Sequence record: SRR20825010_2976
DNA length: 60,104 nucleotides
Direction: 5' to 3' (one strand)
The translations under genes and the position numbers were made by a program. The notes under the pieces were generated by a model. It was not told the origin of the DNA. It ran no database searches and saw nothing but the letters and a program-made list of their open reading frames with translations. This document shows positions 10,553-19,905 of this stretch, one piece after another (the stretch's first letter is position 1; each line of letters opens with the position of its first letter).

Positions 10553-11804
10553 AATTATTTGCCCGCAGACGACGGGTCTTGAAGCTGCCGACGCCCATGG
10601 TTGCGATAACCTTGAACAGGGCGAGCAGTACGCTTTCGTCCGGCTTTGGGTCTTTGCCTGTGCCCATACGATGCAGCTGGCGGGAGAACCAGGATACTTC
10701 CATCATGGCCATGTTATCGATGGTCTTGATACCGGTTTTGCGTGGGGTAACACGGCTGACAACGCCACTCTGACCCGCCAGGATAGCGTTGGGAAGATCC
10801 GGCTCAACAGCCAGGGGCCGGGCGATGCCGATAATGTCGGTGGCACCGCTGTCCACGGCTTGCGCCATGGCTTTGGCCGAGCGGAAGCCGCCGGTAACCA
10901 TCAGCGGAATGGATACCCGCTTGCGGATTTCGTTGGCGTAATCCAGGAAGTAGGCTTCCCGGTTGGCGGTACTTTCCCGCACGCCCTTGGCGCCGGCCAT
11001 GGCCGGGTTCTCGTAGTTACCACCGGAAATTTCCAGCAGATCGAGCCCTTCGTTGGCCAGTGTTTCGGCCACGGTCATGGATTCTTCTTCGCTAAAACCG
11101 CCCCGTTGGAAATCGGCGGAATTGAGTTTGATGCTGACAGGGTAATCATCGCCGACGGCCTGACGAATAGCCCGGTAAATTTCCAGCGGGAAACGCATGC
11201 GGTTTTCCAGTGAGCCCCCCCATTGATCGGTGCGGCGGTTGTGATGTCCGGAGAGAAACTGGCTGACCAGATAGCCGTGGGCACCATGAATTTGCACACC
11301 GCTGAAACCGGCTTTTTGACAGATGCGGGCGCTGGTGGCGAACCGCTGGATGATCTCCTGAATTTCCTCTTCGCTCAGCGCTCGGGGTGTCTTGAACGCG
11401 CTCTTTAGTTCCTTGCCAAAGGGCACGGCTGAAGGGGCTAGTGTGTCGCCGCTGGCCAGCATGCGGGGAATCTGTTTGCCGGGATGATTAAGCTGTACCC
11501 AGATCGCTCCGCCCCGGGACTTGCCCGCTTCTGCCCAGCGTTTCAGCAATGGCATGTCACGCTCATCGTCCACTACCACGTTGTTCGGCTCGCCGGTGTG
11601 GCGTCGGTCGATCATGATATTCCCGGTAATCACCAGGCCGGTGCCGCCCTGGGCCCAGCGACCGTACAGGCGCTCCAGTTTCGGGGTTACATGGTTATCG
11701 ATGGTGCCGAGTGCTTCGCTCATGGCCGATTTGCCGAAACGGTTGGGCAGGGTGACTCCGCAGGGCAGTGCCAGGCTCTGGCCGAGAATATCAGCGTGGT
11801 TCAC
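10551..11804 (-). CDS. NADH:flavin oxidoreductase (Old Yellow Enzyme family)
   Basis: LPNRFGKSAMSE, QLNHPG, QIHGAHGYLVSQFLS, WGGSLENRMRF, IARPLAVEPDLP. Confidence 0.92.
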   Translation of the reverse strand: MNHADILGQSLALPCGVTLPNRFGKSAMSEALGTIDNHVTPKLERLYGRWAQGGTGLVITGNIMIDRRHTGEPNNVVVDDERDMPLLKRWAEAGKSRGGAIWVQLNHPGKQIPRMLASGDTLAPSAVPFGKELKSAFKTPRALSEEEIQEIIQRFATSARICQKAGFSGVQIHGAHGYLVSQFLSGHHNRRTDQWGGSLENRMRFPLEIYRAIRQAVGDDYPVSIKLNSADFQRGGFSEEESMTVAETLANEGLDLLEISGGNYENPAMAGAKGVRESTANREAYFLDYANEIRKRVSIPLMVTGGFRSAKAMAQAVDSGATDIIGIARPLAVEPDLPNAILAGQSGVVSRVTPRKTGIKTIDNMAMMEVSWFSRQLHRMGTGKDPKPDESVLLALFKVIATMGVGSFKTRRLRANN

Positions 11805-11827
11805 AGTGTCTCCTCCGATGGCGACAA

Positions 11828-11878
11828 TATAGTTTGATGAGAATCAAACTATAAGTTAGTTTTATGACCGTCAAACTA
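11828..11878. promoter_or_regulatory. Twin ArsR-type operators
   Basis: Perfect tatagtttgat-gaga-atcaaactata (11828-11853) and a degenerate copy tagttttat-gacc-gtcaaacta (11857-11878). Confidence 0.75.
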
Positions 11879-11899
11879 TTTTCCCGGGAGGTGCCGGTT

Positions 11900-12220
11900 T
11901 TGGCACAGAAAGACACTGTGACGGCGGAGCAACTTGCTGCAGCCTTTCGTGCGCTGTCCAACCCCAACCGATTGCGTATATACCAGGTGATTGTGGATCA
12001 CTGTCGCCAGCATGGTCAGGCGGATCTGGCGAAGGTGCCTGCCGGCTGTGCGTTTGGGGACTTTATGCAGCGGCTCAATATTGGCGCACCGACAGTGTCT
12101 CACCATGTTCGGGAGCTGTCGGAGGCCGGGCTGATTCGTGTGGAGCGTGAAGGGCGTCGCCGGTTCTGCCATGCGGAGCCAATGATGCAGGAACGATTGG
12201 CACACTTTTTTGAAATGTAA
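11900..12220 (+). CDS. ArsR/SmtB-family transcriptional repressor
   Basis: FRALSNPNRLRI, IGAPTVSHHVRELSEAGLI; start probably TTG 11900 after ggagg, since ATG 11864 lies inside the operator. Confidence 0.85.
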   Translation: MAQKDTVTAEQLAAAFRALSNPNRLRIYQVIVDHCRQHGQADLAKVPAGCAFGDFMQRLNIGAPTVSHHVRELSEAGLIRVEREGRRRFCHAEPMMQERLAHFFEM

Positions 12221-12238
12221 TGAATACAGGGGCAGGGA

Positions 12239-12673
12239 ATGACAGCGGATCAATGGGCGCTTTGGGGTTGTGGCATTTTTTTTCTCGTCGGCTTGCTGAC
12301 CGGGGCCTGGAAGTATGTGCAGGTGGCCAACAGTGAGAAAGCCCGGGCGCATTACTATGTGGATATCGCCCACCGTGCCAGCTTGATGTATGCCTTTGCA
12401 TGCTTGGTGTTGGAGCGCTTTGCCTTGCTCAGCGTTTGGGAAGATTGGGTGAACACCCTGGCGGTGCTGGCCTGTCTGATTTTCTTCGCACTGGCCATTG
12501 GCAGCTATATTCTGCATGGCATGCTTAAAGATACCCGCAACCAACTGCAAAAGCCTCACAGCATGGGAACGGCCACGGTACCGCAGGCAGCCATGACGGT
12601 GTTTATGCTCGCGCTAATCGCGGCGGAAGTGGGCGGTTTTGCCGTGTTGTTTGCGGGCTTTGTGATGAGATGA
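12239..12673 (+). CDS. Small integral membrane protein, function unknown
   Basis: 144 aa, about 4 hydrophobic helices, conserved-looking YVDIAHRASLMY; co-oriented 18 bp after arsR. Confidence 0.75.
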   Translation: MTADQWALWGCGIFFLVGLLTGAWKYVQVANSEKARAHYYVDIAHRASLMYAFACLVLERFALLSVWEDWVNTLAVLACLIFFALAIGSYILHGMLKDTRNQLQKPHSMGTATVPQAAMTVFMLALIAAEVGGFAVLFAGFVMR

Positions 12674-12729
12674 GAGGGAGCTACGAGCCTGGATAAGGAC
12701 GTGAGAAAAGTCCCCAGAGTTTTTTTCCT

Positions 12730-12836
12730 TTTCAACGTTTCACTTTGAACTGAACCCCGCGGGCATGGCGGTTACCGTGTGTCACCGTACCCGGCCCGCG
12801 TTGCAGCTTGAAGCGTGTCGCGTGTCGCGTCTCTTA
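12730..12836. repeat. Composite heptamer/CGCGGG-hairpin intergenic element
   Basis: TTCAACG/TTTCACT/TTGAACT run, cgcggg-N31-cccgcg (12758-12800), then ttgcagc-ttgaagc-gtgtcgc-gtgtcgc-gtctctt. Confidence 0.6.
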
Positions 12837-13166
12837 TCAAGTGCAATAACGTCCGTACTGGCTAAGCGCCTTGCTGCTGTGCGGATCCACGGTATCGACC
12901 CAGACCTGCATGGAATCCTTGTTGCGGTTGTTTTGCAGGTTACTGAAATCGCCAGCGGTGAATTCACCGAGCAAGGTGTCGCCTTCCTGGGGCGTGATGC
13001 CATCCAGCTGCTTGACCAGCACCATGCCCTTGCTGGAGTTGAGCAGCATGTAGTCACAGCTCTGGCTGATAATCACTGTGGCTTGCTGGTTGGCATGGGC
13101 AGCGTTGCCCAACATCATGAGTCCCGCCAGACCGGCCCCCATCATGGTGTATTTGAATGCAGACAT
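12837..13166 (-). CDS. Small exported hypothetical protein
   Basis: RBS aaggga; signal peptide ending AHA; 109 aa with two Cys. Confidence 0.7.
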   Translation of the reverse strand: MSAFKYTMMGAGLAGLMMLGNAAHANQQATVIISQSCDYMLLNSSKGMVLVKQLDGITPQEGDTLLGEFTAGDFSNLQNNRNKDSMQVWVDTVDPHSSKALSQYGRYCT

Positions 13167-13450
13167 GTGGCTCCCTTCTTTTTTATTGTCCCGCTCCACC
13201 TTCTACCTTTCACTTTACTGCCCCGCCGCGGGTGAACCTGTTGTCTAATCGCGGTAAAGCTGTAACCCGGTGTAGCGTTTTTATTGCGTTCCATCTTGTT
13301 TCGATACTGGCACACATGATGGCAGGGCAACATCATCGTTATGTCTCTTTGTGCAGTAGGGAATAAGGCTGAGGTATTGAGGCTATGTAGGGAGAATTGG
13401 CTTGAACAGCGTCTTCGGTATGGGGCGGCCCTTGTGTGCTGCCAGCGATG

Positions 13451-13493
13451 AAAAAAAACCGCTTCTGACCAGTCAGAAACGGCTTCATTCATT
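13451..13493 (-). terminator. Intrinsic terminator of the ACAD operon
   Basis: ccgcttctgac-ca-gtcagaaacgg stem preceded by A8 (T8 on the minus strand). Confidence 0.65.
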
Positions 13494-13515
13494 CGTTGGC
13501 AAAACGTCCGGAACG

Positions 13516-14721
13516 TTACTTCAACTCTTTGGAGCTCAGCCCCAACACACGCCGGGCGATCACCAGCTGCTGGATTTGCTGGGTGCCTTCGAAGATATCC
13601 AGAATCTTCGAATCACGGGCCCATTTTTCCAGTAACTCGTCTTCGGTGTAGCCCAGGCTGCCGGCCAGTTCCAGACAACGCAGGGTGATGTAATTGCCCA
13701 CCCGGCCGGCCTTGGCTTTGGAGATGGAGGCTTCCAGGGTGTTGGCTTTCTTGTTATCGGCCATCCAGGCGGCTTTTACTGCCAGCCAGTAGGCGGCTTC
13801 CCAATCGGCTTCCATCTTGTAGATTTCCGCTTCCACGGCAGAGCAGTTGTCCACGGGTTTGCCGTAGTCATAGGTGATGCTGTCTTTGAGCAGTTCCTTG
13901 ATGCGCTCCAGGGAGGCCTTGGCACAACCGATGGCCATGGCTGCCACCAGGGGGCGGGTGTTGTCGAAGGTTTCCATGACACCGGCGAAACCTTTCTTGG
14001 TGTCGATTTCCGGGCTGCCCAGCAGGTTTTCTGCCGGTACCCGGCAGTCCACGAAGTTGATGGCAGCGGTGTCGGAGGCACGGATACCCAGTTTCTTCTC
14101 CAACCGGGCCAGTTCCATGCCTGGGGTGCCCCAATCTACCACGAAGGATTTGATGGCAGCGCGACCCAGCTTCGGATCCAGGCTGGCCCAGACCACCACG
14201 CAGTCGGCCCGTTCGCCGGAGGTGACGAAGATCTTCTCGCCATTGAGGATGTAGTGATCGCCGTCCTGTTTTGCGGTGGTGCGGATGGCAGCGGAGTCGG
14301 AGCCACAGCCCGGCTCGGTAATGGCCATGGCGGCCCATTTGCCCTTGAAACGTTCCAGCTGTTCGTCGTTGGCGACAGCAGCAATGGCAGCGTTGCCCAG
14401 GCCCTGGCGGGGCATGGCGAGCAGGAAGCCGGTGTCGCCGTAGCACATTTCCATGGCGCCCAGGCAGACGCCCATGTTGGCGCCATTTTTGACGCTGCCG
14501 TCGTCCTGCACCTTGCCGCTGCCGGTGGTGGCGGCGCCGGCGGAGTTGGCCGGGTCGCCTTCGTTGAAGCCATCCAGTACCGAGGCGAGCATATCCAGCT
14601 CTTTCGGGTATTCGTGCTCACCACGATCGTATTTACGCGACAGCGGGCGAAGGGTGCTTTGGGCTACCTGATAGGCGTTGTTGATCAGGGGTTTGAACTT
14701 CTTGGGAATCTCGATATTCAT
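13516..14721 (-). CDS. Acyl-CoA dehydrogenase (FadE23-like, catalytic subunit)
   Basis: AMAITEPGCGSD, LNGEKIFVT, KLGIRASDT, KWARDSKILDIFEGTQQIQ. Confidence 0.92.
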   Translation of the reverse strand: MNIEIPKKFKPLINNAYQVAQSTLRPLSRKYDRGEHEYPKELDMLASVLDGFNEGDPANSAGAATTGSGKVQDDGSVKNGANMGVCLGAMEMCYGDTGFLLAMPRQGLGNAAIAAVANDEQLERFKGKWAAMAITEPGCGSDSAAIRTTAKQDGDHYILNGEKIFVTSGERADCVVVWASLDPKLGRAAIKSFVVDWGTPGMELARLEKKLGIRASDTAAINFVDCRVPAENLLGSPEIDTKKGFAGVMETFDNTRPLVAAMAIGCAKASLERIKELLKDSITYDYGKPVDNCSAVEAEIYKMEADWEAAYWLAVKAAWMADNKKANTLEASISKAKAGRVGNYITLRCLELAGSLGYTEDELLEKWARDSKILDIFEGTQQIQQLVIARRVLGLSSKELK

Positions 14722-14735
14722 GGTTGTCTCCCTCC

Positions 14736-16043
14736 TTACAGGTGCAGGCCGCCGAAGGCGACCCCCACAGCACGCAGATCCCGATACCAGCGTTCCACCG
14801 GGTACTCTTTGGTAAAGCCATGGCCGCCGAGCAGCTGCACGCCGTCGGTGCCGATTTTCATGGCTTTATCCTTGACCAGGGTGCGGGCCAGGTGCGCTTC
14901 ACGCTGGAAGCTCTTGCCCTGTTCGGCACGGCTGGCGGCGCGGTAGGTGAGCATGCGCATGGCATCAAGCTCGATGGCCATGTCGGCAATCATGAACGCT
15001 ACGGACTGGCGGTGGCTGATGGGTTCACCAAAGGCGGTGCGCTCGTTGCAGTAAGGGCCAACGTAGTCGAGCACGGCCTGGCTGGTGCCAATGGCCATGG
15101 CACACCAGGCCAGGGTGCCCAGGTCCACAAACGCGCGATAATCAAAATCGTCATTACCCAGGCGGTTGTCCGCCGGGATGCGTACGTTATCCAGTTTCAA
15201 CGGGCGTTGACCGCTGGCGCGGATGCCCATCGAAGGATCTTCACCGGCACTGAGGCCGTCGGTGCCGCCTTCCACAATAAACACCGCCGGCCCGCTATCG
15301 GTTTGTGCGGCAACCAGGAAAATTTCCGCTTCGGCCGCCAGTGGCACCAGGGATTTTTCCCCGTTGAGGACGTAATCGCTACCGTCCTTGCGGGCGGTGG
15401 TAGTCAGCGCCATGGGGTCGAACAGCGGGCGCGGTTCGCACACTGCAATGGCGGCTTTAGGTGGATTCTCTTCGGCGAAGCTGCTCAGGTATTTGTCCTG
15501 CTGCTGAGCGGTGCCCCACTGGGTGAGGGCATTGGCGACACCCATGGGGGCGAGAATCGCGACGGCCTGACCCATGTCTCCACGGGCCAGATCTTCTGCC
15601 AGCAGCATGCTGGTAACGGTGGATTTCTCGGTGGCAGCACCGCCCAGGGATTCCGGTACCGCGAAGAAATTCAGGCCCAGTTCCAATGCCTGGGCAATCA
15701 CGTCTTCACTGGTCTGCTGTGCGGCGTCTGCGTGCTCGGCCTGTTCGCGCAGTACGTTGGTGGCAAAGCCCTGCACGCTGTCGCGGATCATCTGTTGTTC
15801 GTCGGTAACGCCAAGATCAAACAGGTCACGGGTATGGCCGGGGGCGGTAAGGCGCTCGGGTTTGTTGCCTGCGTTACCGGACTTGAATGCACGGGCGGTG
15901 GTGGTCAGTACCTGGAAGCCGCCTTTGGTCAGGCTGTAGGCAAGCCGCTCAACGCTTTTACGCATGCCCATCTTGTCGAGCATCTCCGAGCTGGCCAGGC
16001 GGTTAAGCGCGGTCAGCGCATAACCCACTGCATCTTTCGCCAT
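14736..16043 (-). CDS. Acyl-CoA dehydrogenase-like protein (FadE24-like partner subunit)
   Basis: LNGEKSLV, RTAFGEPISHRQSVAF, VQLLGGHGFTKEYPVERWYRDLR; short C-terminus without EGT. Confidence 0.88.
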   Translation of the reverse strand: MAKDAVGYALTALNRLASSEMLDKMGMRKSVERLAYSLTKGGFQVLTTTARAFKSGNAGNKPERLTAPGHTRDLFDLGVTDEQQMIRDSVQGFATNVLREQAEHADAAQQTSEDVIAQALELGLNFFAVPESLGGAATEKSTVTSMLLAEDLARGDMGQAVAILAPMGVANALTQWGTAQQQDKYLSSFAEENPPKAAIAVCEPRPLFDPMALTTTARKDGSDYVLNGEKSLVPLAAEAEIFLVAAQTDSGPAVFIVEGGTDGLSAGEDPSMGIRASGQRPLKLDNVRIPADNRLGNDDFDYRAFVDLGTLAWCAMAIGTSQAVLDYVGPYCNERTAFGEPISHRQSVAFMIADMAIELDAMRMLTYRAASRAEQGKSFQREAHLARTLVKDKAMKIGTDGVQLLGGHGFTKEYPVERWYRDLRAVGVAFGGLHL

Positions 16044-16101
16044 GATGGAACCTCATTGTTATGTCTATGGATTGCATTCGATTATGGAGCGGTGAGCGAC
16101 G

Positions 16102-16121
16102 GTCACATTGACCAGTGTGAC
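16102..16121. promoter_or_regulatory. Palindromic operator upstream of the ACAD operon
   Basis: gtcacattg-ac-cagtgtgac, 9-2-9 with one mismatch. Confidence 0.5.
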
Positions 16122-16260
16122 TGACAGGTCGGGCATAGTAGCAACCGGGCTGGCGCCACAGACCTAGTCATTGGCGGACTTAGAGCGTATGGGAGGTTTA
16201 TCGCGCCGCCAGCGGCGTTTCTGCGGGCAAAGGGCGGTGGGAGCTTCTTGATGTTCCTTG

Positions 16261-16336
16261 CAACTTTCCACGTTGAACTTTCAACCAGACCTCGCGGGCA
16301 GGGTGGTTGCGCCATGGCACCCATCCCTCCCGCGTT
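16261..16336. repeat. Heptamer/CGCGGG-hairpin intergenic element
   Basis: ttccacg-ttgaact-ttcaacc, then cgcggg-N30-cccgcg (16293-16334); same layout as 12730-12802. Confidence 0.6.
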
Positions 16337-16352
16337 ACTTGCTGTTAATCCT

Positions 16353-18701
16353 TTAAAGGTTTTCGTATCGGTTCATATCGAGAATGCCGGCCTGTGTTGG
16401 CTCGTGCTCTTCCAGATACTGATCCAGCGCGTGGAAATACTGCCAGAATTCCGGGTGAGTGCGGCGGATGCCGTAGGCGTCGACCAGCTTGGTAAAGTCT
16501 TCTTCGGTTTTCACGGCGTCCATCTGCGAGACGAACGCCTGGAGCTGGTCATCCTGCACCAGGAACATGAAGTTGGGGTAGCTCGCCATGACGCCGGGGT
16601 ACAGGGTCAGTGTATCCAGTGGCGGTTGGTAGCGCAGTGACTCGCCCATCATGAACGCCACGTTGCTATGGGCCCGGTTGCGGAACAGGGAGTAGATTTC
16701 CTGCTCTCCCTGGCTGCCACGCACATGCACCATGCTGACTTCCGGCATAAAATTCACCGCGGGCAGGTTGGCGGCACGCCTTGAAGAAATGGCACTAAGA
16801 ACCTGGTCAGCATGCTGTTTCCAGGCGGACACGTTGCGGCGTTGGCATGCGTCTGCGTCGCAGCGGTTGATCGGGTCCGGGCGGGCATTCACGTTGGCCA
16901 GGCGAACCAGCAGCTTGTCGTTGAATTCGTTCATCGGGCTGCTGGTTTCGTAGTCAATATTGGTGGGCAGCTCGGTATCCACGGAGGCGTAGCTGATTGC
17001 CAGGCGCAGTTTGCCGGTGTTCTGATACCAGTTAGCCAACACGGTTTTGCGCAGCTCGGCAGGGAGATAGCGGAGCGTGTTTTGCTCAGCGCCGTTGCGG
17101 ATCAGGTCAAAATAGAGACGGGTCTGCGCTTGATGGGATACAGAGCCGAATACATTGAAATTCACCACCAGGTTGTAATAACTGCGCTCGAGCAGCGGGT
17201 AGTCCATCACCCAGGTGGTCAGGGGCAGGTCACCAATCAAGCCTTTACGTACCGAGGCGTTATCGTGGTGCCGGAAGATGGTCAGAAGCGCATTGCGGTT
17301 ACTGCCGTCGCCATGCCATAGCGATTCCCAGCCTGGCCCTTGTGGCTCGTGGGTGCCGTAAGCCTGCTTGCGGGCGTTCAGGTAGTCGTTGCGTTTGTCG
17401 CTGTATTTGAGCCATTCCGGACCAAGCGCCAACAGGTCATCATCCTGGCCGGGCAAGGCGAGCAGGTCGTTGACCTGGGCGCGGTAATTTTCATCGGTGA
17501 TGTAGATATCCTGGTCCGGGTTCTGGAACACGGCCCAGAAATGGTCACGGATTACGTCGGTGGCGATTTGCCCGCGACAAACCGGGCCGCGGATAAAGGT
17601 GCGAATGAAATATTCGGCTTCATCCAGCATAAACTGATAGCGAGCGCGGGCAGGAATATCCGCAAAGGTGACGAAAGGATTGGCGCGCTGTTCATAACCG
17701 TAACCGGGCAGTTCCTTGACCTCCCAGTCGGTGCTGAAAAACTGCGTTTTTGTGCGGGCCAGTTTGCTTTCGTTCAGACCAAAGGTGATGTGGGTCTTGT
17801 GGACAAGCGTGCCGCGAACCGGAGCGATCCGATACCAGAAGTTCTCCGGGGGCATTTGGTTGGGGCGATCGGTGGCAACCTGTTTGATTGGCTCCCCAGG
17901 GGGCGTGCTGGAGCGATGAAGCTGGAAAAAATGGGCAGGTTTGCTGTCGTCGCCTTTATCCAGATACAGATGTGCCAGGAACAGGTGCTCGTATAACCAG
18001 CGAGCTACCAGCTGGTGTTTCGGATCACTCTGGTTCAGGAAGGCTTCCCAGTCGTCGATCAGCTGCTGTTCTTCTGCAGTGGGTGTGATCACTTCCGGTT
18101 TAAAACTGGCGCCTTGTTCCAACCAACGGCTGATGGTGGCGAATTCGTCGTCGGTCAAGCCGGCCACGGCCAGTGGCATGCCTTCCATAGGATGATCGTC
18201 AGCATAATCCTCGAATTCATCCGGGGCAGGGCATTCATTCTGTCGGCTCAGCCCCAAGGCAATATCCTCGGGCAGCTTTTCATTGGGGTTGAAGGTGTGC
18301 CGCTTGCCCAGGTTAAGCATTTGATACAGCAGTGAGGCTTGCATGCCAGAGGTGCTGTCGATGACGGAATAGAAACCTTTGTCACGCCACTGAGCGGTGG
18401 TCTGGGCATCCTGGAAAAGCCGGGTGGGGTCCACGGTGTGTTTGCGACCACCGTTGTAGACCTTTTGTTTGCTGGCACCGCGATCCAGTCCTTCTACGGC
18501 TTCGAGTTTCAGTTGGCAGGGGGCATCGTAGCAGCCGTGACAGGCCAGGCATTTGTTCTCAAAAATGGGCCGGATGTCGTCGTGATAATTGGGCGATTGG
18601 CTGGAAGCAGTGGAGCTGATAGCGGGGGCGGCCTGGGCCGAAAACGAGAACAACATCAATCCAAGTGTCAATGTAATGCGCTGCAGCCAGTGCTGTTTCA
18701 T
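16353..18701 (-). CDS. cti: Fatty acid cis/trans isomerase (periplasmic c-type cytochrome)
   Basis: Signal peptide ending AQA; heme motif KCLACHGCYDAPCQLKL; FIRGPVCRGQIATDVI; YGIRRTHPEFW; MNRYENL C-terminus. Confidence 0.93.
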   Translation of the reverse strand: MKQHWLQRITLTLGLMLFSFSAQAAPAISSTASSQSPNYHDDIRPIFENKCLACHGCYDAPCQLKLEAVEGLDRGASKQKVYNGGRKHTVDPTRLFQDAQTTAQWRDKGFYSVIDSTSGMQASLLYQMLNLGKRHTFNPNEKLPEDIALGLSRQNECPAPDEFEDYADDHPMEGMPLAVAGLTDDEFATISRWLEQGASFKPEVITPTAEEQQLIDDWEAFLNQSDPKHQLVARWLYEHLFLAHLYLDKGDDSKPAHFFQLHRSSTPPGEPIKQVATDRPNQMPPENFWYRIAPVRGTLVHKTHITFGLNESKLARTKTQFFSTDWEVKELPGYGYEQRANPFVTFADIPARARYQFMLDEAEYFIRTFIRGPVCRGQIATDVIRDHFWAVFQNPDQDIYITDENYRAQVNDLLALPGQDDDLLALGPEWLKYSDKRNDYLNARKQAYGTHEPQGPGWESLWHGDGSNRNALLTIFRHHDNASVRKGLIGDLPLTTWVMDYPLLERSYYNLVVNFNVFGSVSHQAQTRLYFDLIRNGAEQNTLRYLPAELRKTVLANWYQNTGKLRLAISYASVDTELPTNIDYETSSPMNEFNDKLLVRLANVNARPDPINRCDADACQRRNVSAWKQHADQVLSAISSRRAANLPAVNFMPEVSMVHVRGSQGEQEIYSLFRNRAHSNVAFMMGESLRYQPPLDTLTLYPGVMASYPNFMFLVQDDQLQAFVSQMDAVKTEEDFTKLVDAYGIRRTHPEFWQYFHALDQYLEEHEPTQAGILDMNRYENL

Positions 18702-18833
18702 ATGCCCGAATCTCCCTGTGACGAGCACACAGTGTAGCGGGGGCAGACTGGTCGGGCCACGGTTACGCCGCCTTGAATGCCTGATGCTTTGTAAAAAAAA
18801 AGAAAGCCGTTGCGGTGGCTGGCAGACAGCCGC

Positions 18834-19286
18834 TCACAACATCCAGAACATGGTGGCGGCCCAGCCAATCAATACGGCAATGACTGCCGCGGCGGTGAGC
18901 TGGTGCCGCAAGTGCCGGTACCAGGTGGGCAAGGTGTCGTTGAACACCATCTGTTCTGTGCCCCACACATACATGAGCCCGGCGGCGAGCATGGGCAGGG
19001 CCAGTTCCAGGGGGAGTAGCAGGGCAAACCAACCCAGCAGGGCAGGCATCAAGCCAAACAGCAGGGTGGGGTACTGGTTGCTGTCGGCCATTTTGTCCAG
19101 AGCGCGGCCCCAGTGAATGGCGCCGAGGAAGGTGATGACGATGGCGGCGTAGGTGGCGAGGGCATTCAGGGCCCAGTTACCCGTCTCGGCAACCCAGGCC
19201 AGGCCGGCCAGCCCATAGAAGGGAATCAGACCTGCATAGGACAGCCCTTTGGCACGACGGATATTCTTTTCCAGGCGTGTGCTCAC
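18834..19286 (-). CDS. DUF3429-family membrane protein
   Basis: LSYAGLIPF, YAAIVITFLGAIHWG, WYRHLRHQLT. Confidence 0.8.
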   Translation of the reverse strand: MSTRLEKNIRRAKGLSYAGLIPFYGLAGLAWVAETGNWALNALATYAAIVITFLGAIHWGRALDKMADSNQYPTLLFGLMPALLGWFALLLPLELALPMLAAGLMYVWGTEQMVFNDTLPTWYRHLRHQLTAAAVIAVLIGWAATMFWML

Positions 19287-19340
19287 AATGTTAATCCCGA
19301 CGGGTACTTTGTGCCTATTATTGTTTGTTTAAGGTGAAGG

Positions 19341-19844
19341 TCAGGACAAGGCGGGGTAGCCATCCCAAGGCTGGGCCGTGAGATGCTTGGGAAGATACAG
19401 TGGATGTGCCGGTTCCCCGGAGCTGTTCAGGCGAATGCAGTGCATTGCCGGTAATTGTGGCACCACTTGCAGGGCGCGGTCGTTGAAGCGGCCATGGTTG
19501 CCCCAGGCGGCGACGACCAGGTCTGCTTGTCGTGCCAGCCGGCGTAGCCACGGGTCATTCTTTGGCCCCACCGGGTCGGCGGCGGCGAACAGGTCTTGCG
19601 GATAGGTGGCCCGGTAGGCAAACAGGTTGGCCACGCAGAGGCCGGAGTAACCCCAGTCGCGCGCAAAACCCATGCAGCGCCGTATGGTGGGGTCGTCCTG
19701 GCGATGATCGGCGGTGGAGGGATTGAGGCCGATCAGCAGCATGAAGTCATCACCGTCACCCCACTGGCGCCACAGGGCGTAGCGATACTGGCGACAGCGA
19801 GAAAAGTTGGCGCGACGTTGCAGGTTATCGGAGGTCTTGGTCAT
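19341..19844 (-). CDS. DUF1643-domain protein
   Basis: YRYALWRQW, IGLNPSTAD..DDPTIRRC, NLFAYRAT, VAAWG, GEPAHPLY. Confidence 0.88.
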   Translation of the reverse strand: MTKTSDNLQRRANFSRCRQYRYALWRQWGDGDDFMLLIGLNPSTADHRQDDPTIRRCMGFARDWGYSGLCVANLFAYRATYPQDLFAAADPVGPKNDPWLRRLARQADLVVAAWGNHGRFNDRALQVVPQLPAMHCIRLNSSGEPAHPLYLPKHLTAQPWDGYPALS

Positions 19845-19905
19845 GGCTGTGCATTGTAAGTCTCTGGCACAGTAAACGCTAAGCAGACCACAACAGGTTG
19901 AGGGT

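Noticed and set aside
14724..16124. 466-aa plus-strand ORF opposite the ACAD gene
   Set aside because: Antisense shadow ORF
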